64,000 nt of DNA from an uncultured Chloroflexia bacterium (GTDB lineage: Bacteria > Chloroflexota > Limnocylindria > Limnocylindrales > CSP1-4). Below the pieces are notes generated by a model. It was not told the DNA's origin, did no database searches, and saw nothing but the letters and a program-made list of their open reading frames with translations. A program made the translations under genes and the position numbers. The first letter of the stretch is position 1, and each line of letters begins with the position of its first letter. Below are positions 27,623 through 38,611 of this stretch, one piece after another. The stretch spans positions 864,001 to 928,000 of the forward strand of contig CAVVJT010000007.1 in assembly GCA_963748625.1 (NCBI GenBank), given 5' to 3'.

Positions 27623-27754
27623 GCTGCCCCGTCCTGCCGGTCGGCACCAGTCCGCCGGCGACTGTCCGTTGCTCTCCATACGCCCCGTGAGACGGGTGGC
27701 CGGGGACCGATGTTGCCCGGGGTCGAGAAGTCGGCGGGGTCGACCGGGTGGCAC

Positions 27755-28345
27755 CTACGCTGCCAGTGGACGCTCGGGGCCCCCGCCCGCGACGAGGCGG
27801 GACCCCCCGAGGGTCTCGCGCATCGTGTGACGCGTGCGGCACAGGAGTGCCCGGCATGCGAGTTGCGATCGTCCCATCGTCGCGGCGATCTCGCGTCCGC
27901 TATAGCCCTCCGCAGCCATCAGGATGCTCATCCGGGCGGCGCCTGATAGCGCAGCCAGGGCCTGGCGCAGCTCGGGGCTGAGCGACGAGGCCTCGGCTTC
28001 CATCTCAGCCGAGGTCGAGCCGGCCTCCCAGGCCGGCGAGGCGCGCTCGTCGGACGCGAACCGGACCGGACGGCGCAACTCGCTGACCACCAGGTTGTGG
28101 ACGACGCGATAGAGCCACGGACGGACGGCGAGGGGCGCTCGGCCCGCCGACGTCTCGCGGACCAGCCGCGCGAACGCCTCGTGGACCACGTCCTCCGGGT
28201 TCACGTGCCCACCGAAGCGGTGCGTGACGTACGCCTCGAGCTCGTGTGCGTACGCCACATAGACCTGGCCGATCCACACGCACTCAGCGGCTGGCGCGGC
28301 TGACCATGATGTCGCCGCCGTTTCGAATGCCTGACTCGCCGTCAT
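27755..28345 (-). CDS. ECF sigma factor (no coupled downstream anti-sigma)
   Basis: EDVVHEAFARL...RPWLYRVVHNLVVS and GYSGREIAATMGRS...RALLCRTR. Confidence 0.85.
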   Translation of the reverse strand: MTASQAFETAATSWSAAPAAECVWIGQVYVAYAHELEAYVTHRFGGHVNPEDVVHEAFARLVRETSAGRAPLAVRPWLYRVVHNLVVSELRRPVRFASDERASPAWEAGSTSAEMEAEASSLSPELRQALAALSGAARMSILMAAEGYSGREIAATMGRSQLACRALLCRTRHTMRETLGGSRLVAGGGPERPLAA

Positions 28346-28411
28346 CTCATGTCCCCCATCGATTGACCGCCGTACCGGCTGCTGCCGGCCTCGCGCGAAG
28401 CTCCACCGGGA

Positions 28412-30890
28412 TCATTCGATCGGACTACCGACCGACCAGGCTGCCGCGGCAGGCCCTGCGATGCGCAGCGCCTCGCCGCCGCCGACCGGGACCACCCACA
28501 CCTCGGCGTGGTCCGTGCCCCGTTCCAGCTCCCAGTTCCAGCGGTTGAACTCGAGCCAGGTCCCGTCCGGCGACCAGTCGGCGGGCCCATCGCCGTCGGT
28601 GAGCCGCGTCAGGTTCGCGCCGTCCCGATCGACGACGTAGATGGCAGGGTCGCTGCCGTCGGCGCTCGCCTGGCTGAAGGCCAGCCGAAGCCCGTCGGGG
28701 GACCAGCTCGGGCGGGCTGGCACGAGGTCACTGGTGAGCTCCGTCCGCTCGCCGCTTGCGACATCGATGGCCAGCAACCTCCCGGTGCATGTCGCCGGAA
28801 GGCGATTGTCGGAGGTGTTGTCGGGCTCGCTTGGCAGCATGTCATGCACGCAGACACGTTCCGCCAGGGCGATCGTCTTGCCATCCGGTGACCATGCCGG
28901 GCCGTTATAGCCCGTGTACCAGCGCTCCGTCGCCGTTGTCGGAGGGGCACCCACGTTGGCCTCCTGGTCGGCGATCTCCCGGGGCGGCGACCCGTCCACC
29001 GGGACGACGAGAACGCGTGACAGCCACAGCTCCGGGTCCTTCTTGCTCGGGCGCACGCCATTCGCCGCGAGCGCCGTGCCGTCAGGAGACCAGGAGAGCT
29101 CGTAGATCGCCCGCACGCCGGGCACCTTGAGCCGTGAGAGCACCTTCCCGTCGAGGTCGGAGACGACGACCGTAGGGGCGGTGCCGGTCACCTCGTCCAC
29201 CCTGGCGATGCGATCGCCCTGCCGCGAGATCGCCTCCTTGAACTGGCCGGCCGGAGGTGGCTTGACTCGATCCAGCGTGCCGGTGTCGAGGTCGACGATC
29301 GCCTGGAGGTAGAGCGCCGAAAGGAAGGCGTGCTTGCGGTCGGCCGACCATTGGACGCTCATGGGGCAGCACGTGGACTCGGTGACCGGGAGGGTGCCCA
29401 GCTTCGTCTCCAGGCCGGTCCCGACGTCGATCGTGTACACCGTCTCGGTCTTCGCGTCCGCCCCGGACAACCCGTCGAGGCGCCAGACCAGGAGCGGACC
29501 GCCGCCGAGCGGCCCCGATCCAGCGCGGCGCCGGCGACGACGTCGGGACGCTGGATGCAAGCGGAGCAGCCGATGCCGGTGCTGGCCGGAACGGCGAGGC
29601 CTGCGCGACTGCCGATGCGGCAGGTGAAGAGGTCGGGGGCGGCACGAGGGTTGCGGGCGGCACCAGGGCCGATGCCGGTCCCCAGTCCGCCACGGCGTTG
29701 TCCACGAGCGGGACGGCCTCGCCGCCCTCGCTGGGGACCACCCACAGGTCACCGAGGCTGGTGTCGGAGACGTCACGCGTGAAGGCGACCAACGTCCCGT
29801 CCGGGGACCATATCGGGTCGCGGTCACGATCCCCGAGCTCCGTGCCGGGAGACCCGGTCAGCCGGGTCAGGTTGCCGCCGTCGAGATCGATGACGTAGAT
29901 CCCGCCCTCGCCGCCACCGCGCTGGAATGCGATCCGGCCGCCGTCCGGCGACCAGGTCAACACCTCGTCCGGACCCGATGTCGTCAACTGCGTGACGAGC
30001 CCGTCGGCCACCCGCACGGTCGAGATCCCGCCGCTGCACTCTTCGCTGCATTCGAGGACGGAGTACGCGAGGGTCGACCCGTCGGGCGAGAAGCGCACGG
30101 AGCCGATGTTCCCCGCGGTGCGCGCGGCGAGCTGCCGGATGGGGCTCCCATCCAGCGGGACCAGCAGGAGCTGCCCTTCCCCGGCCAGCGCGACGGACGA
30201 CCCGTCGGGGGCCCACGCGATGTCCTCTGACACCAGGCCGGCCGGGAGCGGGATGTTCACAAGCTCCGCTCCGGCCATGTCCACCACGGACAGGCTCGTC
30301 CCCTGCTCCGCATCCCCCACCAGCCGGGCCACCCGGTCGCCCGCTGGAGATGCCTCGTCCCGCTGCCCGTCCAGCGACAGGTTCACGGGGGAGGTCTGAC
30401 CGGTCGCAAGGTCGATGACCGCGCTCAGCCGGCTGCCATCTCCGAACACGAATGCGTGTCGGCCGTCGGCTCCCCAGGCGATCCGCTGGCCGCCGATCGG
30501 CGCGGTGATCTGGACGCTTCCCAGCTGGGCTCGCTGACCGGTCGCGATGTCGAGCGTGAACACGTCCGCGTACGTCCCGTGGGCCTGGTACACGATGAGC
30601 GGACCGCCGCCACCCAGCGCGGGCCGGCGGAGCAGCAGCGACCCGACAAGCGCGCCTCCGACCAGCAGCGCGGCGAGCAGCCCGACGGCCACAAGGAGCC
30701 ACACCTGGCGACGCCCGAACCCGATTGGCCAGGCGACGCGGGGCAGAACACCTGCGCGACGCTGGGGCGTCGCCTCGACGGCCGCGACGATGTCAAGCAC
30801 GAGACCCATGGGTGCGCCTGCGCCGGCCTGCTGCTCAAGCATCCGCTCGATGAGCACGTCGGTCAGCTCGAACGGCATCTGGCGGCTCAT
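28412..30890 (-). CDS. Putative anti-sigma factor with TM helix and two TolB/PD40-like propellers, frameshifted near 29527
   Basis: The 30890 frame carries the TM and first WSPDG propeller; the 28412 frame continues GSGPLGGGPLLVW into a second WSPDG propeller. Confidence 0.72.
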
Positions 30891-31519
30891 CGAAGCGCCT
30901 CCCCTTCGATGGCGAGCGCCCGCTGGAGAGCGAGGCGCGCATCGTGCAGACGCGACTTCGCTGTACCCACCGGGATCCCAAGCGTGGTCGCGATCACGGC
31001 CACGGGCTCGTGGTCGAAGTGGTGGAGGACGAGGATCGAGCGCTTGTCGACATCGAGCCGCGCGAACGCGCGGGCGAGGACGTCCGTGTCACTCACGCTG
31101 TCCGGGAAGTCCCCGTCTGGATCGCCCCGGTCGGATGCCGCCTCAAGGCTGATCTCGCGCACGCGCCCGCGGTGCCGAAGCTGGGCGCGACAGACGTTGA
31201 CGAGGATGCGCCTGAGCCACGCATCGAAGCTCTCGGGATCGCGGAGGCGGGGCAGCTCGCGCCACGCCGACACGAACGCCTCCTGGGTGGCGTCATAGGC
31301 ATCCGCCTCGTTGGCGAGGATCGCCTGGGCGATCCGGAAGGCCCGGTCCGCCCTGACCGTGACCAGGCGTTCGAACGCCACAGCATCCCCACGGGCCGCG
31401 CGCCGCACGAGCGCGGCATCGGCCGACACCACCTGCGCGCGAGCGGAGGCGAGAGGCTCCATGGGGCTCTCAGGCGCCACCGGGCGGGATAGTGCGGGAT
31501 CGGCGTCTCTGGCCATCAC
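30887..31519 (-). CDS. ECF sigma factor
   Basis: LVRRAARGDAVAFERLV...DATQEAFVSAWRELPRLRDPESFDAWL and GIPVGTAKSRLHDAR; overlaps the anti-sigma start. Confidence 0.9.
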   Translation of the reverse strand: MMARDADPALSRPVAPESPMEPLASARAQVVSADAALVRRAARGDAVAFERLVTVRADRAFRIAQAILANEADAYDATQEAFVSAWRELPRLRDPESFDAWLRRILVNVCRAQLRHRGRVREISLEAASDRGDPDGDFPDSVSDTDVLARAFARLDVDKRSILVLHHFDHEPVAVIATTLGIPVGTAKSRLHDARLALQRALAIEGEALR

Positions 31520-31859
31520 ACCATTGATGCACCGGCGGGCATCGAGGTTCGGTCAATCCGGGGTGCAATCCGAACTTCCCCAGCCTTTCCCTCATGGGCA
31601 CCACTGCCGCAGCCACACCAGACGAACGCCCTCGCCGCTGAGGACCGTGCGCCGGGCGGGAGCACCTGCGCCAGAGGCGTTGGTCACGGGGCGTTCCTCG
31701 GTCCGACGGGAGCGCTGACCGCCCACCCAGGTCGACTCGCCCGTCCCATCCCGACAGGCGGGCAGACGAGTGGCCTCGCCAGACCAGCACTGATCCAGCC
31801 GTCACGCCATCACCGGTGCGAGCGTCACAGGCGCGGCGTCCGAATGCTGGAGTTCAGCC

Positions 31860-32340
31860 ATGCGTCGCACGCTGCTGATCGTCCCCTGGATGCTCCTCGT
31901 GGGATGCACATCCAGTCCGCCGACCGACGCGAGCCTCACTCCGACGGCGATCGCCATCGCCCCGGCCGGGACGGTGGGCCAGACTTCCCTTGCGAACCGC
32001 TCCCCGAGCCCTGCTGCGCCGACCGCGGTGCCTGCCCTTCCCCATTCCTCGCCGGCCGCTGCGACGCCGGACGCCGCGCGAGGCGATCGCCTTGGCGCTC
32101 CTGCCCGACGGGCGGATCCTGGCTGCGGGCGGCGTGCGGGTGCGAGCATCGGACACCGGAGACGACGAGACGCCGGTCAAGCTGACCGAGATGTATGACC
32201 CGGCGACCGACACCTGGTCCAGGGGGCCGAACCTGCGCGAGCCGGGCGGCAGTGCGATCGCGGTCGTCCTTGCCGATGGCGACGTGCTGCTCCTGGGCGG
32301 CTCGCTCACGGCGCCGGAGCGCCTGACCTTCGGCCCATGA
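31860..32340 (+). pseudogene. Internally deleted, frameshifted Kelch lipoprotein remnant
   Basis: Lipobox LLVGC in one frame; a single terminal Kelch unit (LLPDGRILAAGG...YDPATDTWSRGP) in another frame. Confidence 0.65.
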
Positions 32341-32447
32341 GCGCAGGGAGCGCCAACCCTCCACTGCCTCCGACACTGTGAGGTCCCAATAGCACTGGTC
32401 ATTGATCACATCCCACCCGACGATCTGGCCGATCAGAGGTACCTGAA

Positions 32448-33845
32448 ATGTCCACGATGCATCTGCTGGGCGGCGTCATCGCGCTGGTGCTCCTCGGGGC
32501 CTGCTCGGCGGGCGAGCCGGTCGCATCGGGTGCCACGCCAGCACCTGGCGACACATCGCCCGCAGGACTGAGGACGGATGCGGCGGCGACCGACGTCGAC
32601 CCGACGGCCGTCGGGTCGACCGCCGTCGGGTCGACCACGCCATCAGCCACGGCCGGCCCAGCGTCGTCGGAGCCTGCTGCGCCACCGTCGCCGGCCGACT
32701 CCCCTGCGGAACCGCTCACGTGGACGAAGGCGGGGCGGCTCGACGTCGGTGACGGCGAGTTTCTCGGGCTGGCCCGCGTCGGCAGCGCTTACGTGGCATG
32801 GGGGCATGCCTATCCCGACGACGCGGCCCGCGACGAGGGCCAGTGGGTACTGGCGACGTGGGCCTCCCTCGACCTTGATACATGGACCCAGACCCTGCAC
32901 CGGGCCCCGGTCCGCGCCTGTGAAGGATGGGCTCCGGGCCTGGAGATGGAGAGTGAGTCCGTCTCCAGCGACGGAACGACGTTTGTGCTCGTGGCGTCCC
33001 AGGCAGCCCCGGACCCCGCGGTCGAGGACGGCTGCAACCGGCGTGAGGTCATCGCCCTGTCCACCGGCGATGGGTACACCTGGACCCGCTCGGTGCCGTT
33101 GCTGGCGTCGGACGGGACCTCCACCGGGTCGGCGTTGGGGCCATGGCGGGTACCCGGCGGCTGGGAGACGCATGCCGGGCCGCTCGAGGAGGCCGGGGCG
33201 TCCGTCTGGCAGAGCGCGGACTTGGTGACCTGGCAGCAGACGGGGGTCATCAAGGACCAGTGGGGACAGGGTGTCGCCGCGGTCGACGACGATGGCACCC
33301 GCCTGAGCTTCCGGTCGCGGGACGCGGGGGAGGCGCTGATCGCGTCCTCCGATGGTGTCCAGTGGCGGACGATCCGCACCCTCCCGTCGTCGTATGTTGG
33401 GGCCGGAGTCTTCGAGCCCGTGGCCGCCGACCAGCGATGGCTGGTGGTGCTGGCCCCGACAACTACAGGGAAGGCCCGGCTCCTGTTCTCGGAGGATCTC
33501 GAGACCTGGGAGCGGATCAACTTCCCGCGGGCTGGCATCGACTCCCTCCTCCGCACGCCCGCCGGCTGGATCGCCACCGGCTACACCCCGGAACCGCCCA
33601 GCGCCTGCGAGGGGGAGGGCGACGAGATGATCTGCCCCATGGAAGGTCCACCGGTCTACCTCGACCCCGCCGTGTACACCTCCGTGGACGGCCGGGTCTG
33701 GGTGGAGCGACCGGACTCGATGCTGCCGACGGGGCGGATGCCGGTCCTCGTGGACGACGGTTCATCAGTCCTGGGGCTCGCCGCCCAGGCGGGCGCAACC
33801 GGGCGGGTCGCCATCTGGCGGCTGGGGCCCATCCCTGGCGACTGA
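32448..33845 (+). CDS. Lipoprotein with Asp-box-like (S.D...W) repeats
   Basis: Lipobox LLGAC; STGDGYTW, SADLVTW, SSDGVQW and SVDGRVW; resembles the C-terminal half of 17866-20196. Confidence 0.75.
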   Translation: MSTMHLLGGVIALVLLGACSAGEPVASGATPAPGDTSPAGLRTDAAATDVDPTAVGSTAVGSTTPSATAGPASSEPAAPPSPADSPAEPLTWTKAGRLDVGDGEFLGLARVGSAYVAWGHAYPDDAARDEGQWVLATWASLDLDTWTQTLHRAPVRACEGWAPGLEMESESVSSDGTTFVLVASQAAPDPAVEDGCNRREVIALSTGDGYTWTRSVPLLASDGTSTGSALGPWRVPGGWETHAGPLEEAGASVWQSADLVTWQQTGVIKDQWGQGVAAVDDDGTRLSFRSRDAGEALIASSDGVQWRTIRTLPSSYVGAGVFEPVAADQRWLVVLAPTTTGKARLLFSEDLETWERINFPRAGIDSLLRTPAGWIATGYTPEPPSACEGEGDEMICPMEGPPVYLDPAVYTSVDGRVWVERPDSMLPTGRMPVLVDDGSSVLGLAAQAGATGRVAIWRLGPIPGD

Positions 33846-34028
33846 GCGGCTTCCGGGCCCAGCCAGCTGACAGGTTGCGTGATCTGAGCCGAAATGCCTC
33901 TCGCTTGCGGCCCGGTAGCCGCCCAAGGTGACGCGTGGCGGGAGGTCCGCTGCAACAGGTCGCGGGCTCGCGCGTCAACGTGTCGCCAGTCGAGCCATCA
34001 CAACGTCACTCGTAAGGCCGATCCGTGG

Positions 34029-34601
34029 ATGGCGTCCCACCTGGACACAGAAGGGGTCATCCCGGTGGAGACGACCGAACCGCTCGCGAATGGATCGTCC
34101 CATGGCTGGGCTCGGATCGCCGCGGCCGGCCTGCTCGGGGCGCTCGGCGTCGCCAGCGTCCTGATCGGGGTCGGCCTGCGCGGGGACAACTCCGGGTACG
34201 GAATGCAGCTCTCCTTCGCCCGCATAGGCTGGCTGGCAACGTGCTCGCTCGCGGCCGTCATGATCCGATCCGACTGGCGAGGGCTCCTCGCAGCGTGGGT
34301 CGGGGCGCTCATCGCCCTGATGCCAGTCATACCGCTGAGCTTGAGCCACTCTTCCACGACGGCCGGCAACGCCTTCTGGATCGGCGCCTCGTACCTCCTG
34401 ATGGCCGTGTACGCCGCCGGGGCGCTCCTCCTGGCCAGTGGCGTGACCCGGGTCGTCAAGGCCGTCCTCTCGCCGATATGGGCCCGCCGGGTGCTGTTGA
34501 GCCTGCTGGGCGGCTTGATCGTGGTGACGGTGACGCTGCTGGTCCTCCCACCCGGCCCAGACACGGGGCCCCAGCCGGCGCCAACTGCCCCGTCGGGCTG
34601 A
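34029..34601 (+). CDS. Hypothetical membrane protein
   Basis: About 5 hydrophobic segments; preceded by TGCAAC-N16-CGTC. Start uncertain. Confidence 0.55.
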   Translation: MASHLDTEGVIPVETTEPLANGSSHGWARIAAAGLLGALGVASVLIGVGLRGDNSGYGMQLSFARIGWLATCSLAAVMIRSDWRGLLAAWVGALIALMPVIPLSLSHSSTTAGNAFWIGASYLLMAVYAAGALLLASGVTRVVKAVLSPIWARRVLLSLLGGLIVVTVTLLVLPPGPDTGPQPAPTAPSG

Positions 34602-34624
34602 GCGGCGGCGCCGCCACCGGCTCG

Positions 34625-35288
34625 TCAACGGAGGGCGTCGGCCGCCGTCAGCAGCTCGGCCTCCGTCACGCCCGGGCCGCTCAGCGTCACCCCGTGGATC
34701 ATGCACCCGAGGCCGCCGTCGTCCCACCAGACCGAGAGCGACCCCGGCTCGGGCCAGTCCGATCCGGCGACCCGGGCGCTCCTCCCGCGGGTGCTCGCGT
34801 GGTGGCCCCACTCGCCGTCAAGTGCGCTCACGAGGGACACATCCAGCCTGCGCCGCGGCGCGGACGGCGTGGCGACCCGCTCCCAGGTCACCTGGGAACC
34901 CCAGATCGCCCCGGGGCCATTGAGTCCACCGGCCAGGGACCCCGACATGCTCCATTCGGGACCCACCGATCGGATGGCGGGCGCGGGACAGGCCTTCGTG
35001 ATCTCGGGCCCGAGCACGGTCAAGCCCACCGACACACCGAGGACGACCACCGCCGCGAGTCCGGCGGCCAGGTCCGTGTGGCACAGGAGGCGGACGCTGC
35101 CGTCGGGGGCGACGAGCGGCAGTTGCGACGACGGCGATGTCCCCATCTGGGCTGTCGTGGTGGCGGGCGCAGACGGGACGGTCTACGCGACGGCGATCGA
35201 GTCCGGTGGGCACACGTCAACGACCATGCTTCTCGCGATCGCGCGGGACAGTGAGGCGGCCTGACGGTCGACCATCGTCGGCAGATGA
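34625..35288. pseudogene. Rearranged gene relics, including two oppositely oriented fragments homologous to anti-sigma 15583-17424
   Basis: Minus-strand SQLPLVAPDGSVRLLC and plus-strand WAVVVAGADGTVYATAIESG...; TGG to TGA nonsense codon at 35262-35264. Confidence 0.65.
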
Positions 35289-35337
35289 ACTGGTCGCCTC
35301 GGGCGGCGGCGCCGGGGCGGCGGCGCCCATCGGTTGA

Positions 35338-36753
35338 CTACCGGCCCTGGTCCAGGATCGCCTGGAAGTCGGTCGCCCAGAGGCCCGCTGACCCGGCGAC
35401 GTCCTGCTGTGTCCCGAACATGAGCAACTGACCCTGATGAACGACGATCGGGCCGACGCTCGGGGGTGCGGATCCGGGGCCAGCCAGCGCATCGGGAATC
35501 TCGGCGGCGATCGCCCAGGTGGCTCCGGTCGGTGACGTCCACACCACTCGACGGGCCGTGGGCAGTCCCGGGGCGTTGGCGGCGGATCCAAGGTCGAACG
35601 ACCCGCCGGCGGCGACGAAGCCTCGATCGGTGCCGATCAGCCCGCCGATGCGCAGTGTCGTCATCGCGGGCTCGCCCGACGTCGGCGGGGACGCACTCGG
35701 CAGCGGCGCCACGACCCCACTCGAGTCCTGGCGTTGCCAGGTGACGCCGTCCTGCGAGGTCCATACACTGGGCTCGGTGCCCGCAAACGCGTGCGACCTC
35801 CCCCCGAACGCGACAAGGTGCTGCCCGGCAGCGGCCAGCACCGGCGACGACCCGACATCGTGGAGGTCCTTCGTATCGGGAGCGGCCGTCCACGTCCGGC
35901 CATCCGCCGATGTCCAGAAGAGCGCCCGTGCATCCCCGTCCTCGCCCGGCGCCCAGCCGGAGGCGACATAGCCGGAGCCGAACGGGACCACGGATCCTGC
36001 CGAGTCGCCGCCCATGTCCGCCTGGCTGCGCGTCCAGGTCAACCCGTCGGCCGAATGCCAGGCCGCTGCCCGGCTGCCGCGTCGCCCTACCTCCGAGCCC
36101 ACGACGACGAACCCTCCAGGCCCGGCGGCGATGTCGTCAAGCGCTCCGGGTTCGCGTCCGGCGGAACCGGCGAACGCCGAGGCCGGGAGTGCCTGCCACG
36201 TCCGGCCGTCCACGGACGTCCAGGCAGCGGGCCGGCTCACGCCGTCCTCCACGCTCCCCACCGCGACCAGCCGGCCGGGCCCGGCGGCCACCGCTGCGAT
36301 GACGCCCGCCGGCCGGGTCACCTCCGCCGGTTCCCACGAGCGCCCATCGGGCGATGTCCAAATCCCGGCGATGTCGCCGGCCTCGACGGTCATCCCTGCG
36401 GTCCCCACGGCCACCAGGAGGTCCCCGGTGGAGACCAGGTCACTGACCCGGTGGGGCCCCAGACGGACGTCCCAGGTGATCTGATCCGGCGTCTGGCTGG
36501 CGGCCGGCCCACTGGTTGCCACCAGGGTCGGCGCCACCGACGCCAACGGAGTGGGCACCGCGGTCGGCTCGACGTTCGGAACTGCGGACAGCTCGACGGT
36601 CGCCATCGTCTCACCGCCGCCGGTCGCCGTGGTTGGTGCCGCACCGCCGCATGCCGCCAGCGCCATGGTCGCGATGGCACCCGCGAGCAGCACAACGAGC
36701 AGGTGCGTCAGGCGCGCCTCCCCAGCATTCGCCGCGACCAACGGAGCGCGCAT
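35338..36753 (-). CDS. Lipoprotein with WTS.DG..W repeats (beta-propeller-like)
   Basis: GGAGG SD, lipobox ALAAC, six W.S.DG..W-type repeats. Confidence 0.8.
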   Translation of the reverse strand: MRAPLVAANAGEARLTHLLVVLLAGAIATMALAACGGAAPTTATGGGETMATVELSAVPNVEPTAVPTPLASVAPTLVATSGPAASQTPDQITWDVRLGPHRVSDLVSTGDLLVAVGTAGMTVEAGDIAGIWTSPDGRSWEPAEVTRPAGVIAAVAAGPGRLVAVGSVEDGVSRPAAWTSVDGRTWQALPASAFAGSAGREPGALDDIAAGPGGFVVVGSEVGRRGSRAAAWHSADGLTWTRSQADMGGDSAGSVVPFGSGYVASGWAPGEDGDARALFWTSADGRTWTAAPDTKDLHDVGSSPVLAAAGQHLVAFGGRSHAFAGTEPSVWTSQDGVTWQRQDSSGVVAPLPSASPPTSGEPAMTTLRIGGLIGTDRGFVAAGGSFDLGSAANAPGLPTARRVVWTSPTGATWAIAAEIPDALAGPGSAPPSVGPIVVHQGQLLMFGTQQDVAGSAGLWATDFQAILDQGR

Positions 36754-37268
36754 GGTCGTCCTCCAGGCTCCTGGCGGCACGATGTCGTGCAGCGGATCAC
36801 ATGTCGAACTGTCGTCCCTGACGTCCGCCACGGTCACTGTGGGTCCGGGTAACTGGAAAGGGAAAGAGGCGTCAGGCCCATGGGAGACGCCGGGCAGCGT
36901 GCCCCTGTTGCAGCGGTCGCCGGCTCCGACAGGGTTCCCGGCGCCACGCCGGCGAGCCAACAATGCGCCACGCCCCAACGGGGGCGCCTAGGCCCTACAC
37001 CAAGCTCCGACTCGGGTGGGAGTCACCCAACGCCCCGACGTGCACGACCCGTGCACCCAACCCGGGGTAGACGACACGTGCCCCGCACGAGGGACCCGCT
37101 CCTGACTCGGGGTGGAGTCAAGGGCCCGGGACCGGCATGTGGCTGACGCGGCGCGCAGTCCCCGATGGTCGCCAAGCCGCTCGAGGAGGCCGTGGGCACA
37201 GACCTGCGCATCCGGCTTCCCCGCTGAGCTGGCCCCGGAGTGACGAGGGCCGGCAGGCCGAGCCTTCG

Positions 37269-38609
37269 TCAGACCCCGCTGTCGGCATAGTCGGGCAGGT
37301 CCTCGGGCGCCCAGGTGCGCGGCTCGTCGTCCACGCGGCGCAGGACCACGAACGCGATGACCACCCACAGCAGCAGGAACACCACGCCCGCCGGTTGTCC
37401 CCAGCCCAACGTGTGCACGGTGATCGCCCACATCGCGGGCCCGACGATCGCCCCGAACCGGCCCACCATCGAGTACAGCCCGAAGAACTGGCCGTAGTAG
37501 CGCGGCGGGGCAAGCCGGGCCATCAGCGGCCGGTCCGATGCCCAGAGCCCCGCCAGTGCGGCGCCCAACGCCGCGCCCGCGGGATAGATCAGCTCGTACG
37601 GAAGGGCGAAGACCGGGATTGCCGCGACCAGCGCGAAGATCGCCATCCAGAGGACCAGCACGCCGTCGAGGGTCCGCTTGGGGCCCACCCGGTCAACGAC
37701 CCGGCCCCACAGGAGGCCGGCCGGGATCGCCACGACGATGCTGATGATCACCACCAGCCCTGCGTCACTGAGCGCCATGTGGAGTGACGTGGTCGCGTAC
37801 ACCACCACCATGACGATGAGGGTGTTGGCGGCATCGGCGTAGAGCATGCGCCCGAGCAGGAACGGGAGGAGTCCCCGATAGCGGCGTGCGTGGCGCGCCG
37901 TGGCGGCCAACTGCGAGAAGGCCATGGGCGCCACCCGCCAGGTGAGCGGAGGCACCACTCGGGGCCGTTCTCCGACGAACAGGAAGGCCGGGACCGCGAA
38001 TACCAGGAAGCCGAGGGCGATGCCGCGGAATACGGCAGCGAAGTCGTCGAGCCCCGGCGCCTTGGGCAGGAGCACCATGCCGATGATGTACGCCAGGAGA
38101 GAGCCCACATAGCCCACCCCGACACCGATGCCGCCGATGCGTCCGCGGTTCTCGTCGGTGCTGACCTCCGGCAGGAGTGAGTCGTAGAAGACCAGGCCTG
38201 CCTGGAAGCAGACGACCGCGACCACGAACAGCAGGAACGAGAGAGCCTCGGAGGCCTGGACGAGGAGGAACGTCGCGGCGACACACAGGACGGTGGAGAC
38301 CGCGAGGAACGGGAGCCTGCGAGCGGCCTGGTCGCTGATCGCGCCCAGCACGGGGGCCATCACGAACACGATGGCCGCCGCCAGCGCTGCAAGCGAGCCG
38401 GTGACACCATCGACCTGGCCAGGCTTTGTGTACCCGAACACGTCCCGGACCAGTGTCGGGAAGTAGAGCGTGACGACCCCCAGGCTGAAGCAGGTGTTGG
38501 CGAGGTCGTAGAGCACCCAGCTCGCGACGCTCCGGCGCGGGATGGCGCGCGAGGACGACGGGGCGGTCACGCCGGGGGCGGCGATGGCGAGGGGTGATTG
38601 GGCGGCCAT
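37269..38609 (-). CDS. MFS transporter (UMF1/Atg22-like)
   Basis: SWVLYDLANT, PVLGAISD, VFYDSLLPEV, GRVVDRVGPKR, GQFFGLYSMVGR; about 12 TM. Confidence 0.88.
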   Translation of the reverse strand: MAAQSPLAIAAPGVTAPSSSRAIPRRSVASWVLYDLANTCFSLGVVTLYFPTLVRDVFGYTKPGQVDGVTGSLAALAAAIVFVMAPVLGAISDQAARRLPFLAVSTVLCVAATFLLVQASEALSFLLFVVAVVCFQAGLVFYDSLLPEVSTDENRGRIGGIGVGVGYVGSLLAYIIGMVLLPKAPGLDDFAAVFRGIALGFLVFAVPAFLFVGERPRVVPPLTWRVAPMAFSQLAATARHARRYRGLLPFLLGRMLYADAANTLIVMVVVYATTSLHMALSDAGLVVIISIVVAIPAGLLWGRVVDRVGPKRTLDGVLVLWMAIFALVAAIPVFALPYELIYPAGAALGAALAGLWASDRPLMARLAPPRYYGQFFGLYSMVGRFGAIVGPAMWAITVHTLGWGQPAGVVFLLLWVVIAFVVLRRVDDEPRTWAPEDLPDYADSGV

Positions 38610-38611
38610 GG

